In this document: positions 1 through 12,471 of the stretch, one piece after another
How the letters are laid out: the number at the start of each line of letters is the position of its first letter
How positions within the stretch are numbered: position 1 is the first letter of the stretch
Source of the DNA: Ophelia neglecta
Lineage: Eukaryota
NCBI GenBank assembly: GCA_965285935.1
Contig: OZ260665.1
Span: 20,708,001-20,772,000 of the forward strand
Length of the DNA: 64,000 nucleotides
Direction: 5' to 3'
Notes under the pieces: model-generated
What the model was told of the DNA's origin: nothing
Seen by the model: only the letters and a program-made list of their open reading frames with translations
Database searches by the model: none
Position numbers and translations under genes: made by a program

Positions 1-1720
1 TAGCTCAATGGAGAGGCTAATGTCAATGATAGTCGCTGTAGCCTTTTACCATCCTGACATCGGGCCTTCTCCAGCATCAACAACTCATCGGCTCGCAAGT
101 CCACCAGTTCTAACCCGTACAGGAGGCCAGGGACTACGATACTCGTGTACAGTTTGCTGGCAATGAGTGGCTGAAGTCCGCTGGATGTACCACCAATTCC
201 AAACATGGGGTTAGTTTTCCTTCTGGCTTTGGATAGTCTTTCTTCGAGAACGTCTTTCATGAATTTCCGCGACTGTGTCAGCGGTATCCCAAGGTGAATA
301 CAGCCAGCTGAGGCAGGCAGCAAGTACTTTCCCATCTGTAGCGGGCGGGGGTGTCGGCACTTAGATGGAGTTGAAGTGAAATGCATGTACTCCGATTTCC
401 TAGGATTAAACGAGAACCGCCAGCGTCTACTGTAGTCTAAAGCAGTGTCCACGATCCGCTGAAGGTTCGGTAGGTACAAGGCCATAATGGTTACATCATC
501 AGCAAAAGCTGGGGCACAGCAGGAAGATTGGTACAAATGGGTCCCAAGTTGAAGGCTCTCCAAGGAGTCCAAGAAGTCGGCACTGAATATCTGAAATAGT
601 CTCATCGAAAACTTTCCTCCCTGGAATACGCCTTGCAATACTTTAAACCATTCGGAGAGACAGTTTCCCACTCTCACAGCGCACCTGAAATCCTTGTACC
701 ACATCCTCAAGAGTCTCCAAAGCTTTGCATCAATTCCAAGTTTATACAGTTTATAAAATAGGCCATCTATCCAAACGCGGTCAAATGCTTTCTTAGTGTC
801 TAAGGCTACAGTGAAAACGTCACTTCCACGCTCGGTGTTGTATGCTATAACCTCACGGGCGATCAGTGATGTTTGCTTACTCGAGCAGCCCGGGAACGCT
901 GCTCCTTGAAGCCTGCCCAATCGGTCCTCACATAGAAGCCACGGGTCACATCTAGAGAGCAAGGCACTCTCGAAAAATTTACAGAAGATAGTCAGCCTAT
1001 TAACATATCAAAAGGTAGGAGGAATACGTCTATGTTCACGTCTGTACTCCCGTTTAGCGTCCTTGTAGGCCCGATATAATGGATTTTCTGGGTTACGCGT
1101 TCGACCTGCCAGGTCCCAGTCCGATTTCAGTACCAAATTACGCCGCTTTGTTTCTTTCAGCGTGGCATCCCAGTATGGCTTTAAGTATGGTTTATAACTT
1201 CTGTGGGGCAGATTGTCACTGGAAATGGCACACATCAGCGCCGCTAACTCATCAGAGAAGGGATTGACAGAGTGTGGTGGCATGAACAGGTCACCAGCAT
1301 CAGAGTTCTCATCAATGTCGTATTTCTCCAATAAGTCTGATATTTCATGTTGTAGGGGCTCCGTGTACATAGTGTTTACTTGCTGGGACGATAGCTTGTG
1401 CCACTGTCTCTTGGGCTGGCTGGCTGGGAGGGGCCCGTCGACAAAGAGATGCCCCAGGGACAAACATATAGACAGCGGGAGATGGTCTGAGCTATTCTCT
1501 ACGCACTCATCTGTAACACACACTGATTTGACATTAGACACGATACTATGAGAAATCACACAGTGGTCAATGTAAGATAGGCGACCAAGGTTACTGCTGA
1601 ATGTGTATGTGGGGCCAGTGCAAGAATCCAATAGATCAATCATACACAGTGAGAGGCTATTACATATATTTAATAGGTAACCATACAGCTTTACAATCAT
1701 CTCTGTCCTCGCAAATCCTT
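1..1720 (-). mobile_element. Non-LTR retrotransposon (LINE) ORF2 fragment: APE endonuclease C-terminus + reverse transcriptase; 5'-truncated, internally deleted, continues past the left edge
   Basis: ORF 1008-1700 has the APE motifs SYIDHCVIS and SSDHLPLSI. Manual translation of 3-1007 (-), in the same frame, gives LDTKKAFDRVW, QGVFQGGKFS, FADDVTIMA, WRFSFNPRKS, HLGIP and KLYTSIVVPGLLYGLELV with no stop seen. Confidence 0.95.
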
Positions 1721-3839
1721 GGCAGACTTGCTAGAAAGGCCGAGTTGAACATTAATGAACATTAACCCATGACCGTTTTAACTAAATATTAAAGCCTAGT
1801 AGGTGCTCCAGGGACAATAGAGAATGCTTGTTTGCTGAGAAATCAATTACACCGTGGCAAATTATTTCAACTTTGTCAATAAATGTTATTTTTATTAGAT
1901 AGAGGTTTACCTTTCCAATGTCACAAGTGTTACAAATGTTGCCAATATGCTTCTGCTTTTTTTCTTGTTTGGGAGCTGGGGATTGATGTTTTCGGGTCGT
2001 GGCTGGGTGTCCCAGCTGATTTCAGACTGATTTAATCAACTGTTATAGTGTATCCACTGTTGCTTCTTTTCATAGAGTATCTGTGACATATTAATGTAAC
2101 TGTATTGTCTGAAACGGTGAACTTTTAATCACGAAATACGTCTCCCGCATTTAATCTCATAAAATATTTAATCACGAAATTGTCTGTAGCTGCCAGTGTG
2201 TAGGATACATAATATTTTGATATGTTGACAACCAATCATACATGTCTAAATTTTAATCATGCAAGTCATCAGGATAAAATGTTTTTAACTTAGAATTATA
2301 TAGCAGTTTAACCACCTCAAAGTGTGCATAATGTACTTGTGCTCTGACTCGCCTACCCAATAAGAGCTGTTTAGATCAATGGTGACCACATGCAATAACT
2401 TCACCCCCCCCCCCCTCCCCACCAACAGATCACAAAGGTGTTTCCGCTCTGATGGGTGAAGGTAAATTAAAAGTTATCTAACCGGCTCCTGAAACAAATA
2501 TAAAAAAACGTCATAGCAGAAAGCATTTCAAACCAATCACTGAGCTAGTATAAAATATGTACTTAAATTTATAAGATTTAAGTTTCGAGTACACACAATT
2601 ACTACCATTGCATGTCTTGCAAGCCTCCCCGATCCCACCGCCCCAGTCCCTTTGCTAGCACCTGTTACCAAGGCCACCCGACCTGTCCAACGCTACAGCG
2701 ACTTTTTGTTTGAAGAAAAGTTTATTCGCAGCTGAACTGTACAATGTTTGCTTAAATTGTGTTTGAAGAGGCCACAGTTTTCAATATTTGATTAGTTTGT
2801 TTCTGTATAGAATAAGCCACGCGAAAAGCATAAAGCAGCATGTTGAGTAACTGCCGCATACCTTGTCATTATTTGATAGAATTATTCCCCCATCCCCATT
2901 ATAAAAATACCTTTGGCAATATTTGTATTATAGCAAATCTGCAGTAGAAGACTACAACAATAAAAAATGATATTTATAGTGATGCTATTTATTGTCACAT
3001 TAAATACATTAGCACATACGAAGTTGTTCAAAGAAAGCACAGGCTATACGAAAATATGTAAGAAATAAGAAACGCAAGATATATACCAAACCAGAACATA
3101 ACCTTGCTACCTAAAACACAGACGATATAGGTCTGTGCATATCTTGGGTATCAATTATTTTAGTTTTTAGGTTTAAATTAGGGGAGAATTTATGAACAAA
3201 CGAGATCGAATACACTTTAAACAAATACTAAAAATTAACAAAATGTGTGTACCCCAATACGACTTAAAATCTCGTGCCACGGAGGCAAAAGCGACTTCAT
3301 CCCCAACAAGACACTGCGACACGAGAAACCCCCGTCACCCCAGAGCAAACCTAAAACTTGCGTGCAGGTAGAAATTTTATGATAAAAATCGGGCCTAAAT
3401 TTTGTGTATGAAAATGAAAATAACTAACATAAGTGTCTTAGTGCAACGTAACAATGTAGAAAATTCCTTGACTATAAGATTGCCATAATTGAGCGATAAT
3501 TTAATCCAAATAATTGAATTTATAGCAATGACAAAAGGAGTATGAAACCATGGCTTATGAACCTAAAATAAGATACGTTGAATAAAGGAATGTTAAACTT
3601 TGTCATTAAGTGGCAATTTTTACCTTTTTGTTATACAATATAATAATATTGCCACCACCAAGAGGGACATTGGCATCTTAAATATGTATTTATTAACTTT
3701 AATTCTATGTCATTTCATCAAAGCATTGCTAAGAATATATATTAAAAGGTGCATATTTCACAAAAGACAGTCTCTTTCATTCCGTCCGTCCAATATGTTT
3801 TTACGATCCGCCGATGAATATTGCGTTTTAATAAAGAAT

Positions 3840-6800
3840 TCACATCTCCTGGGACGTAGGTCGCAGTATGACATCATGAACCTAACCGAGAGATAATCAA
3901 AAAGTTATAAATGACATCATGGACCTAACCAAGAGATAATCAAACAGTTATACATGACATCATGGACCTAACCGAGAGATAATCAAACAGTTATAAAGGA
4001 CATCATGGACCTAACCAAGAGATAATCAAAAGTTATAAATTATATCATGGACCTAACCGAGAGATAATCTAAAGGTATAAATGAAATCATGGACCTAACC
4101 GAGAGATAATAAAACGGGTATACATGACATCATGGACCTAACCGAGAGATAATAAAACGGGTATACATGACATCATGGACCTAACCGAGAGATAATCAAA
4201 CAGTTATACATGACATCATGGACCTAACCGAGAGATAATCAAAAGGTATAAATGACATCATGGACCTAACCGAGAGATAATAAAACGGGTATACATGACA
4301 TCATGGACCTAACCGAGAGATAAACAAAAGGAATAAATGACATCATGGACCTAGCTGAGAGATAACCTAAAAGGTATAAATGACATCATGGACCTAACTG
4401 AGAGATAACTGAGAGATAACCTAAAAGGTATAAATGACATCATGGACCTAACTGAGAGATAACCTAAAAGGTATAAATGACAACATGGACCTAACCGAGA
4501 GATAATAAAACGGTTATATATGATAACTATTGTTTGCGTGCCCTTCATTGGTTATTTGAACAATGATGTTTCAAAGTGACATTCATGCGTTCGTTGGGCG
4601 TAAACTAATGTAACAACCAAAGTGAAGAAACCAAACAAAAAACAAAACAAAAATCAACAAAAAAAGCACAAGCAGATGTATTATATAACGTCAGTGTATC
4701 GTCCAATCTTTAAACACGTTTACTAAAAAAGACAGTTGATACCCGGCAGACAAACAAAACTATCATTTTAATCGCTCATCAGGAATCAACAGGAACAGGC
4801 CAAGATAATTATATCAATAAAACAACCTCCATAGCCGAAACAGTAAACACATTCAAAATATAAAATTAAACATTAGCAGGAAAATGTTTAATGTGCATAT
4901 GTTTCGGCAAAGCAAAATTAATATATTGATCCGTATATTCGTGTATTTTTAAGCCGCTTGAAATAAATAACCAATGTAGTGCATTATTAAAATGTGACTT
5001 TTACCACATTTACCCACCATTGCGTCTCTACAGGTTTGCTAGATTTCTGGAGCAGAGAATATTGATGGTTATAAATTTGATCAATTAACCATATAATACT
5101 TACTTCCATATTGGGTTCAGCCGACATGATGTACACAATGGCACCGGCTGTCTGATCCGCAGAGAGCATCTATAATATCAAAGCACATGGAATATATTTA
5201 TACATTTTATGCTTTATATAATTTTGTTTTCTAAGGTTGTTAGCATTTGACTTACAACTTGGTTGCTATACATATCGTTTCATTTCGCAGGAATGCTTTA
5301 GTTTAGGAGGAAATACATACCTCGGTATTCTTCAGGTCGATGTCGAGGGTACCCCACAGCTTGTCAATAATTTCTGTCCTTACAAACCCTGGGCTGACTT
5401 GCTAATCAAACAAACAAAACGTATGGATACATATAAATACTTTCATCTGTTTTAAAACATCCTAACTAGACACTTAATGCGAGAAGATGCGCTAGGACAA
5501 ATTCTTTTCACCCTCTAAATAAATTTGCTATTTTGTGAACATGATGGATCATTATCCCTCACATATTTATGTTAATTAATATTCATATTAAGGGTCGTGA
5601 CGGAGTGCTGAGGAAGATGAATCTGTATCTAAGAAACGATTTAGACATAAACTTCAAATCAGCCGGCCTTTCTTGTATTCATGGCTTCTTAACTATTTCA
5701 AAGTTAAAGACATCTCTAACTCGACATTTTAGCGCTATCTAGCCATTGTTGTTTATCGACATGCGAATACCCACAAAGGTCTCTTAAAAATCTAGGCCTG
5801 ATTCCTGTTTAAGGTAGGCCTAAGTCAGCAGGTGTAATCCTGCGTGGAATCTTTATGAGAACAATATAATACACCCCTCCAAAGACTTTAAATATAATCT
5901 GAATAATTATATCTAAAGGATATACACTGAAACCTGAAAATTAGGGACATATAAGGAACTGTTTAAAGACTCAATTTAGAGATTTGTCCACTGGCAAAAT
6001 TCACTGGCAAATTTAATGTTCTACGTTACACCTGCAAGCAGTGTTATAATAAATAGACACCGTGCTTAACATAGTGTACTGCTATTACATGTGCCCCATA
6101 TTGTTGTTCCATTTACGTAATGCTGATAAATACCATATGATTTTTCTGGTTCTCATTCAGTGGAAGATATAAAGAATTCTGAGACTAATACTTTAAACAT
6201 GACAGTTATCTACCGATGCTCTGATCCTAGAACCCATGGCCCTAAGTTCGATCCTAAGGTTCTCGGTCAGACTGGTAACCATGAATTTGGTAGAGCCATA
6301 CATGTGGCACTCACCTATTGGCCCGTACTTGTGGCCTGCTATACTGAAAAAAATCATACCAATGTGACATTACGTTGCCGATTGACATATGCATCATCAT
6401 AGAATGTATTGGACAGTATGCGTAGGTTTTTAGTAGTAACCTTTGGAACCATGGATTTTAAATTGTTTTTGCTATATTAAGCTATGTTCCACCATCATTA
6501 TATAACTAAAAGCAAAGTTCACTTTGCCTTATTTAGTTTACATACTGAGAGATGTTTAAATTAAGGTTATAGTAGAGGTTACTGGAATATTGTAGCTGAC
6601 GGTTTTGGAGCAATTTGGACACAAATACTGGAAAGATATATAAAATAAGCCTTCCCCATCCGTTAAATCAAACAGAATGTCCTTACATGTTCAATATAAA
6701 TTTTAACTGAATCTATGACTAACCTGCAGACATTAATTATATGCCCATCGTCCACACCCTTTGCTTTCATGGACTTCAGGGCTTCTCTTGTGCAAATGCT

Positions 6801-8537
6801 AAGTGCCACAACATTAACCTAGAAACGTGAAATGGAAAAATTACCAAGAGTTCAGGAAGCGGCTTAAGTACACCAGGGGATAAGTGACAGACAATGCACG
6901 TCTATGATAAAAATAGATAGTGAACCAAAACTAGCTTGAACCATCAGCTTCAGGCCCACAATCATCAAAACACAATTCCATATGCAGAGAAACCTGCCTT
7001 AAAGACCACCTCTATTAGCAGACCTCCTATCAGTTCAGACCACTTATATGAGGCCAAATATGTATATTTTCATTGTTAAACAATCGTCTAAACAGACCAG
7101 CTCCAAAATCTGACCAGCATTTTCCAATTTCTTTGGAGGCCTTAATTCACAGGTTTCACTATAAGTAAATAAGCTTGTACTGAATACTTAATACGAAAAT
7201 AAAATGTGAAAAATAGGAAAAATATATCGTTGTCTAATCTGCTACTCGCAGAATATATGAACTATTATGCTAGTTCATCATGTTATGTGCATGACTCTAG
7301 ATCTTATAGGGCTATCTGCTATCTTGTCCTTGATGAAAAATCAACGTTTACAAGCATTCCTTCACATAACCTGGTTTGGTGTCATAGAAACTCTAAACCA
7401 ACCGTCGACTGTTATCAGCGCATTTTAATCTGTTGCATACTCACGTCTATCATCTCCTTCCAGTCATCTGTTTTTCCGTCGATAAGTGCCGACGGTTTAC
7501 CAACCCCTGCATTATTTATACAGACGTCTAGGCCGCCATGTTTCTCATTTATCTCCTCGAACATGGCTAAAATCTGGTCCTCATCCCTTAGGTCACAGTG
7601 AATAGCATATAATTTTCCTGGGCATTCCTTCAACTTCTCAGATAATGCCTTCAGTATTGAAAAGATAAAAGAATAAATAAATAATATAGATCATAGAAAT
7701 ACAGAGTTAGAGCCTGTACCAATATTATCATGTGTGGCATTTAAAAATGTGGTTTACGATTTAATATGGCTGAATGCGCAAATATGTTAATAAATCTATT
7801 TTTTAATGATTATCTAAAGATATTGTTTTCCTTTCGTCAGCGGGAAAGGATATATCATGTGATTAAAAGGTCTTTAGTATCGCATTTCATATGTGAATGT
7901 ATTATCAAGTGTTCCAACTGACCAAATGTATGGAGTCTGATAAATTTAATTTTTTAAATACTATATACTAGCAGAATTACCAATGATATAGGGGTTTATA
8001 AGAATCCAGATGGAAAAGGTTTTCTGGACTATTTAAACTGTAATAAAGTATAAATCATCAGCACCCTTTGTTTCAGCATCGAAACATAACGTTACAAACT
8101 GCAGACTCTCGGGGTAATTAATAATGCATATCGGGCTCAAAGCATATGAATATTTGCTCTTTACCCCCCCCCCCCTCTAAACCCCTGCACCCACATCGAT
8201 CCCAATCCCCTTGCTGATGCTCAAAGCTGGCAGTTCGACCCCCCCCCCCCCCGCACCATCTAGGGATATTTTCTCGTTTAAGCCCCCAACCCCTGACATA
8301 ATTTGTACCTGATTAAAGGGCCACTTCTGATAAGCACCAGTAACCACCAGCCCCGGACTCCCCATTCAAAGATAATGAAAGTCCAAAGGTAAGTGGTAGA
8401 CTCACCTTTATTGATATCTCATTTCTAGCACAGCCTATGACAACCATGCCATATCTGACAAGTTTCTCTGCTACCGCAGCACCAATCCCCGAACTTGCCC
8501 CTGTTACTAGGGCCACGCGACCAACCCAACGCTCCAT
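3840..8537 (-). CDS. DHRS11: Short-chain dehydrogenase/reductase, DHRS11-like, 7 coding exons, 249 aa
   Basis: Exons (- strand): 8537-8406, 7648-7445, 6818-6724, 6343-6214, 5401-5321, 5169-5104, 3881-3840. All introns are GT-AG and phase-consistent. Protein: [19 protein letters not shown] (TGxxxGIG) ... [13 protein letters not shown] ... INNAG ... [13 protein letters not shown] ... VDDGHIIN ... catalytic YGSTK ... VSPGFVRTE ... [13 protein letters not shown]. This closely resembles the DHRS11 family. Confidence 0.9.
3868..4522. repeat. Minisatellite, 15 copies of a ~43-bp unit (ATGACATCATGGACCTAACCGAGAGATAATCAAACAGTTATAC), overlapping the last intron/exon boundary of DHRS11
   Basis: 15 occurrences of the G(G/A)ACCTA(A/G)C core at ~43-bp spacing from 3878 to 4487, plus one short partial duplication near 4400-4420. 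Confidence 0.97.
6985..7161. mobile_element. Tc1/mariner-pogo-type MITE in DHRS11 intron 2
   Basis: Termini CAGAGAAACCTG...CAGGTTTCACTA with internal AGACCAC repeats; homologous to the copies at 62186-62363 and 57624-57750. Confidence 0.75.
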
Positions 8538-8657
8538 TGATGCTGTTTTAAAAGCCAAATCAACACAGACGCTAGTTTTGAATGACTGGACCACTTTGAG
8601 GTTACAGTAAAGTGCGCCGTGACCGGGATCCTTGCCAGATGATATCTTATATGATGC

Positions 8658-8671
8658 GTGCCACCTAGTGG
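8658..8671 (-). promoter_or_regulatory. CTCF-consensus motif ~120 bp upstream of the DHRS11 ATG
   Basis: The minus strand reads CCACTAGGTGGCAC, matching the CCASYAGRKGGCRS core. Binding is not demonstrated. Confidence 0.4.
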
Positions 8672-9016
8672 CAATAACTTGAAACTCTCCTGTTTTTCCC
8701 AGTAGTATGTCTCGCAAACCATATTGTATATTGCAACCACTGAACCTAAAAACCTAATCCTACGAGTTTAGATATCCCGCATGTCGCATGGGTTATGTTA
8801 ATTCATGCATGTTAACGATCTGTAAGAAATGCCAAAACAAATTCATATTCAGTCATAGATTAAAGTCGTATTTTGTGGGTGCAATGGTATACATTGTGGA
8901 ACGGTCGCAGGAAAATATTTATTGAAATCTAAAAATTTTCTCCTAAGCCAATTAGATACAGGTTTGGAATTGCTGAATTGTAATATTTCTCATTCTTATG
9001 TTAAATATACTAAGTA

Positions 9017-9093
9017 GCGCACTTGACTGTGCTGCCGCATGTTGTTGCATGTAGATCGGCGATAAGCGCATGCGGCGCACAAGTTAGGTGCGC
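9017..9093. repeat. Imperfect inverted repeat (~25-bp arms, hairpin)
   Basis: Left arm GCGCACTTGACTGTGCTGCCGCATG vs reverse complement of the right arm GCGCACCTAACTTGTGCGCCGCATG. Confidence 0.7.
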
Positions 9094-12000
9094 CTTCTAA
9101 TCCGACCAAGGATTACTACTTCGATAGACATCATTTTATATTCGGTCATGTTCCTTTATTTTCATATGCACGTGTATTTAAATTGCTTGAACTGGATTGA
9201 CTATGACGAATTAACAGTTAATTTTACCATGGTTGCGTGCAGCCACTCAATAGCAAAATAGGGCATTTAAGTGCGGTAGGAAAAGTTCGGCTTTCGATTC
9301 AGAGAGCTGATTGCTTACAGCATATCTACGAGGGCCTATATTACCCTAGCTAACATACATACATATAAAGCATAGAGCTTCCATTGAAGACATTTTACTT
9401 ATTGAGTAGTAGTATATTGAGAAGTAGTATTTTCTCTTTTCCATTATATATTATGAAGTATATATTAGACTTGTATTGGTTGTCTGTGATAATTTCTTTG
9501 ACTAGCTATAGGGTATTGTAAAATAGTTAAATTTAGGACACATATATAATTTGGTGGAGGGGTGTGGATTGGTCACTACAACGAAATGGGGGATGTGAGT
9601 AGTACGTGTAGCGCTGGTGGGACCTTCCAGCCAGAGGAATCTCTAAACAGTTACGACGACACAGACTTTACCGAATTGACTAAAAATTGTTACTGATCTG
9701 AAAACAGTGAACGTTTTTTCTTCTTATTATGTATATACATTTAGGCGCCAAACCTTTAAGAGAGCTCATATTTAATCTTTTTCATTTTATCCTACTAAGG
9801 GGGCTCGATTGCGAGGTTTTTGGTGTTGCTGATAACCGGACCTGACTAAAGAATATTAAAAAGCAATTACCCATTAGAATATACGGTGTCTTTTGCATCC
9901 TACAATGTGTATGAGCTCCTGGATATTACATGCATAAGCAAATCATGAATAACTTAAGCAATTAGGTTATAGGTAGATAAGCCGACTAGCTATGATACAT
10001 GCCAAGCAGAAGGAATTGCTAAATTACCGACATTTCCCAGTCGTTTTAGCTGCTCTGCATTATGTACTGCACACGTAAGAGTAGAGGCTGCCATGCGGTC
10101 CATGTTAGTGAAATAAATCGGGTGTGGACACTCGGCAGACAAAAAGAAATCATTAAACTAGACTAGTTCATTAATCGGTCTGAAATCCCCTGTAAGCGGT
10201 ATCCCCTTATATAACTCGGTTAGTTTCGGTTTCAATATAACATTCCATTCTTCCAGTCCAAGGATGAATAACACCGTTAAGTTCAACTTACGAGCAACAA
10301 AAAACAGTTCAATCACAAAAAACCATCTTAGGACGCTGACAGCTAACAAGTTACCTGGCACAACATTCTTGATCTGACCGAATGTAGTTAATCTGCTGTG
10401 TTCGTTTTCCATGGCCTCTATTGCTTTCTGTCAATCATCCCTTCCCCCGACACCCCCCGTTAATGTTGATACGTGTTCTGGAAGCCCAGACGCCACCGTA
10501 AAACGCATTGGTCAGGGTAATTGTTGCGTGCTGACACACGCTCTGTATAATGCAGATCAATAAGTTAATCTCATAGCTTAGGGTGCATTTACCACAGCGA
10601 CTGGGTTATATAAACGGAAGTCTTAAATGTGAAGAGAACAATCCTGCTGTGATGCTAAGCTAGCTGTTTATCGTAGCATTAAAGCATATTGAGCATAAGC
10701 CCTTTATATCTTGTTTAGCCAATCAAATGTACTCTGCACTCCCACATCGATGTTCATTAATATTTTGTTTGGCTTTTTGTTTGGCCTCCAGGTCTGTAAT
10801 TATATGCTTTTTTCTCCTTTAATATCACTTTGCTGAACCGTATTGTGTTAATTTCAGAGTAGTGGGTGTCATTTGCCTTAGGGCATACTCAGTTATTACG
10901 AAGAACAAAGGCAGTATTTTTTTCTATAGATTACCATCTTCATCGAACTGCCGGTTGCACCTGATGCGCCGGGTGGAAAACTTGTTGTTCTGTATATAGT
11001 TCAAAATAACACGTAAAGCGTAGCATTAAAGGGTGGGAGGTGAGAGAAGGGGCGTGGGTCTATGATGTACCGTAAATTCAGGTATTTCACGAGCTATATA
11101 TGAACTGATTTCCAACTAGCTTTGATGCATGTAAAGCCGCAAGAAATACAAGGTAAATATGACATATAATCAAATTAGAAATTATGCGCGTAAAACCTAT
11201 TGATCGTTTCGTATATCATGCTGAATCATGGAGATAACATGATAATACCTTCTCAGAAGTATCCTGCCTCTTAACACCCTTATGCTATCATTAATGAAAA
11301 GAACGGCATTTGGTGAAATATAAACTATAGAAATTAACTCTGGTAAAAAAAAATATAGTTTTGTTTAACAATGTTTTATTTTACAATACGCTTAGCACTT
11401 AAAAGTATACAACAACCACAAACAATCTGACATGTATAATCATTTTTCGAAAATTCACCTATAACATTTTCCTTAGCAAGGGCAACTAATGCGACATGCA
11501 TTGACCAAAGTGGTGTTTATTACCATTATAAATTGGCCTTTAAAGCGAATTTCTAGCGAAGCGTGCCTATCAGAAAAGAAGAAACACACACACACACAGA
11601 TAAGCCTTATAAGCCTTATATGTTTTCACCTCAGGGCCGTAACAATTATCAAACGGTACAATTTGTCACACGTCAATGCAACAAGAAGTGCGCCAAACAG
11701 GAACCAAGAAGCGAAGGGAAAAGCTAAATAGACCAGCGATGGCACAGATTATCAGCAGCAAAATATACTCTCACACTGCCCAATAGACTAATTGTAACTA
11801 CAGACCACGCTCGAACTAGGCTACACACGCGAAATACTGACTACAATCAGGCAAGAGAAAATAATTCTAACTATTTATAGTGTTTATATTATATTATATC
11901 ATTGATACTGAGTCGAAGTTGCTGATCTTTACAGAGTAAAACAAAAATCCCATTTTCAAAGCTCCGTTACTCATAATGCTCTTAGCTTTCTATTCTGACG

Positions 12001-12471
12001 TGGTTTGATGCTTAATAGTTATTGGTTCATGTTTTTGGTGCACGTTTTCAAGCTGTTAAAGATGATCTCACACGAAATGATATGAAACGAGCTATTTCAG
12101 TTTTAATGTGCTATTTAATATGTTTAAAAGCCCACCACCAACAGCGGACTGTAGACTTTACATTTCATTTAGCATTTTACACACAAAATATACATGAACG
12201 TTTTTGATATAGTATAACAATAATTTGCCTTAAAACACCCGTTAGCACTCACGTGGCCTTTTTATATTATAGTTCGTAAACAAGGCGACAAAGACAAGTA
12301 GTCATTTAGGTTACAATTAAGTATATGGACAACAACATCCAATTAATTAAAAGTGTTATCTTAGAACTGTCTGGTTATTTGAACCCGTCTTCTGACACTA
12401 TGTTTCATGTGTATTCGTGTTTATTTCTGCAAGAAACAAGTTCTTTATATTTGAATTTGTTAGCACACCAT

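Noticed and set aside
3868-4522. CRISPR-like array (constant 30 bp + variable 13 bp)
   Set aside because: The variable parts are near-identical variants of one sequence rather than unique spacers, the context is a eukaryotic intron, and there are no cas genes.
10340-10385. Similarity to 22865-22895 (CACAACA..TTCTTGATCTG.CC; GQIKN in both ORFs)
   Set aside because: Only ~20 matching bases and no extension; compatible with chance.
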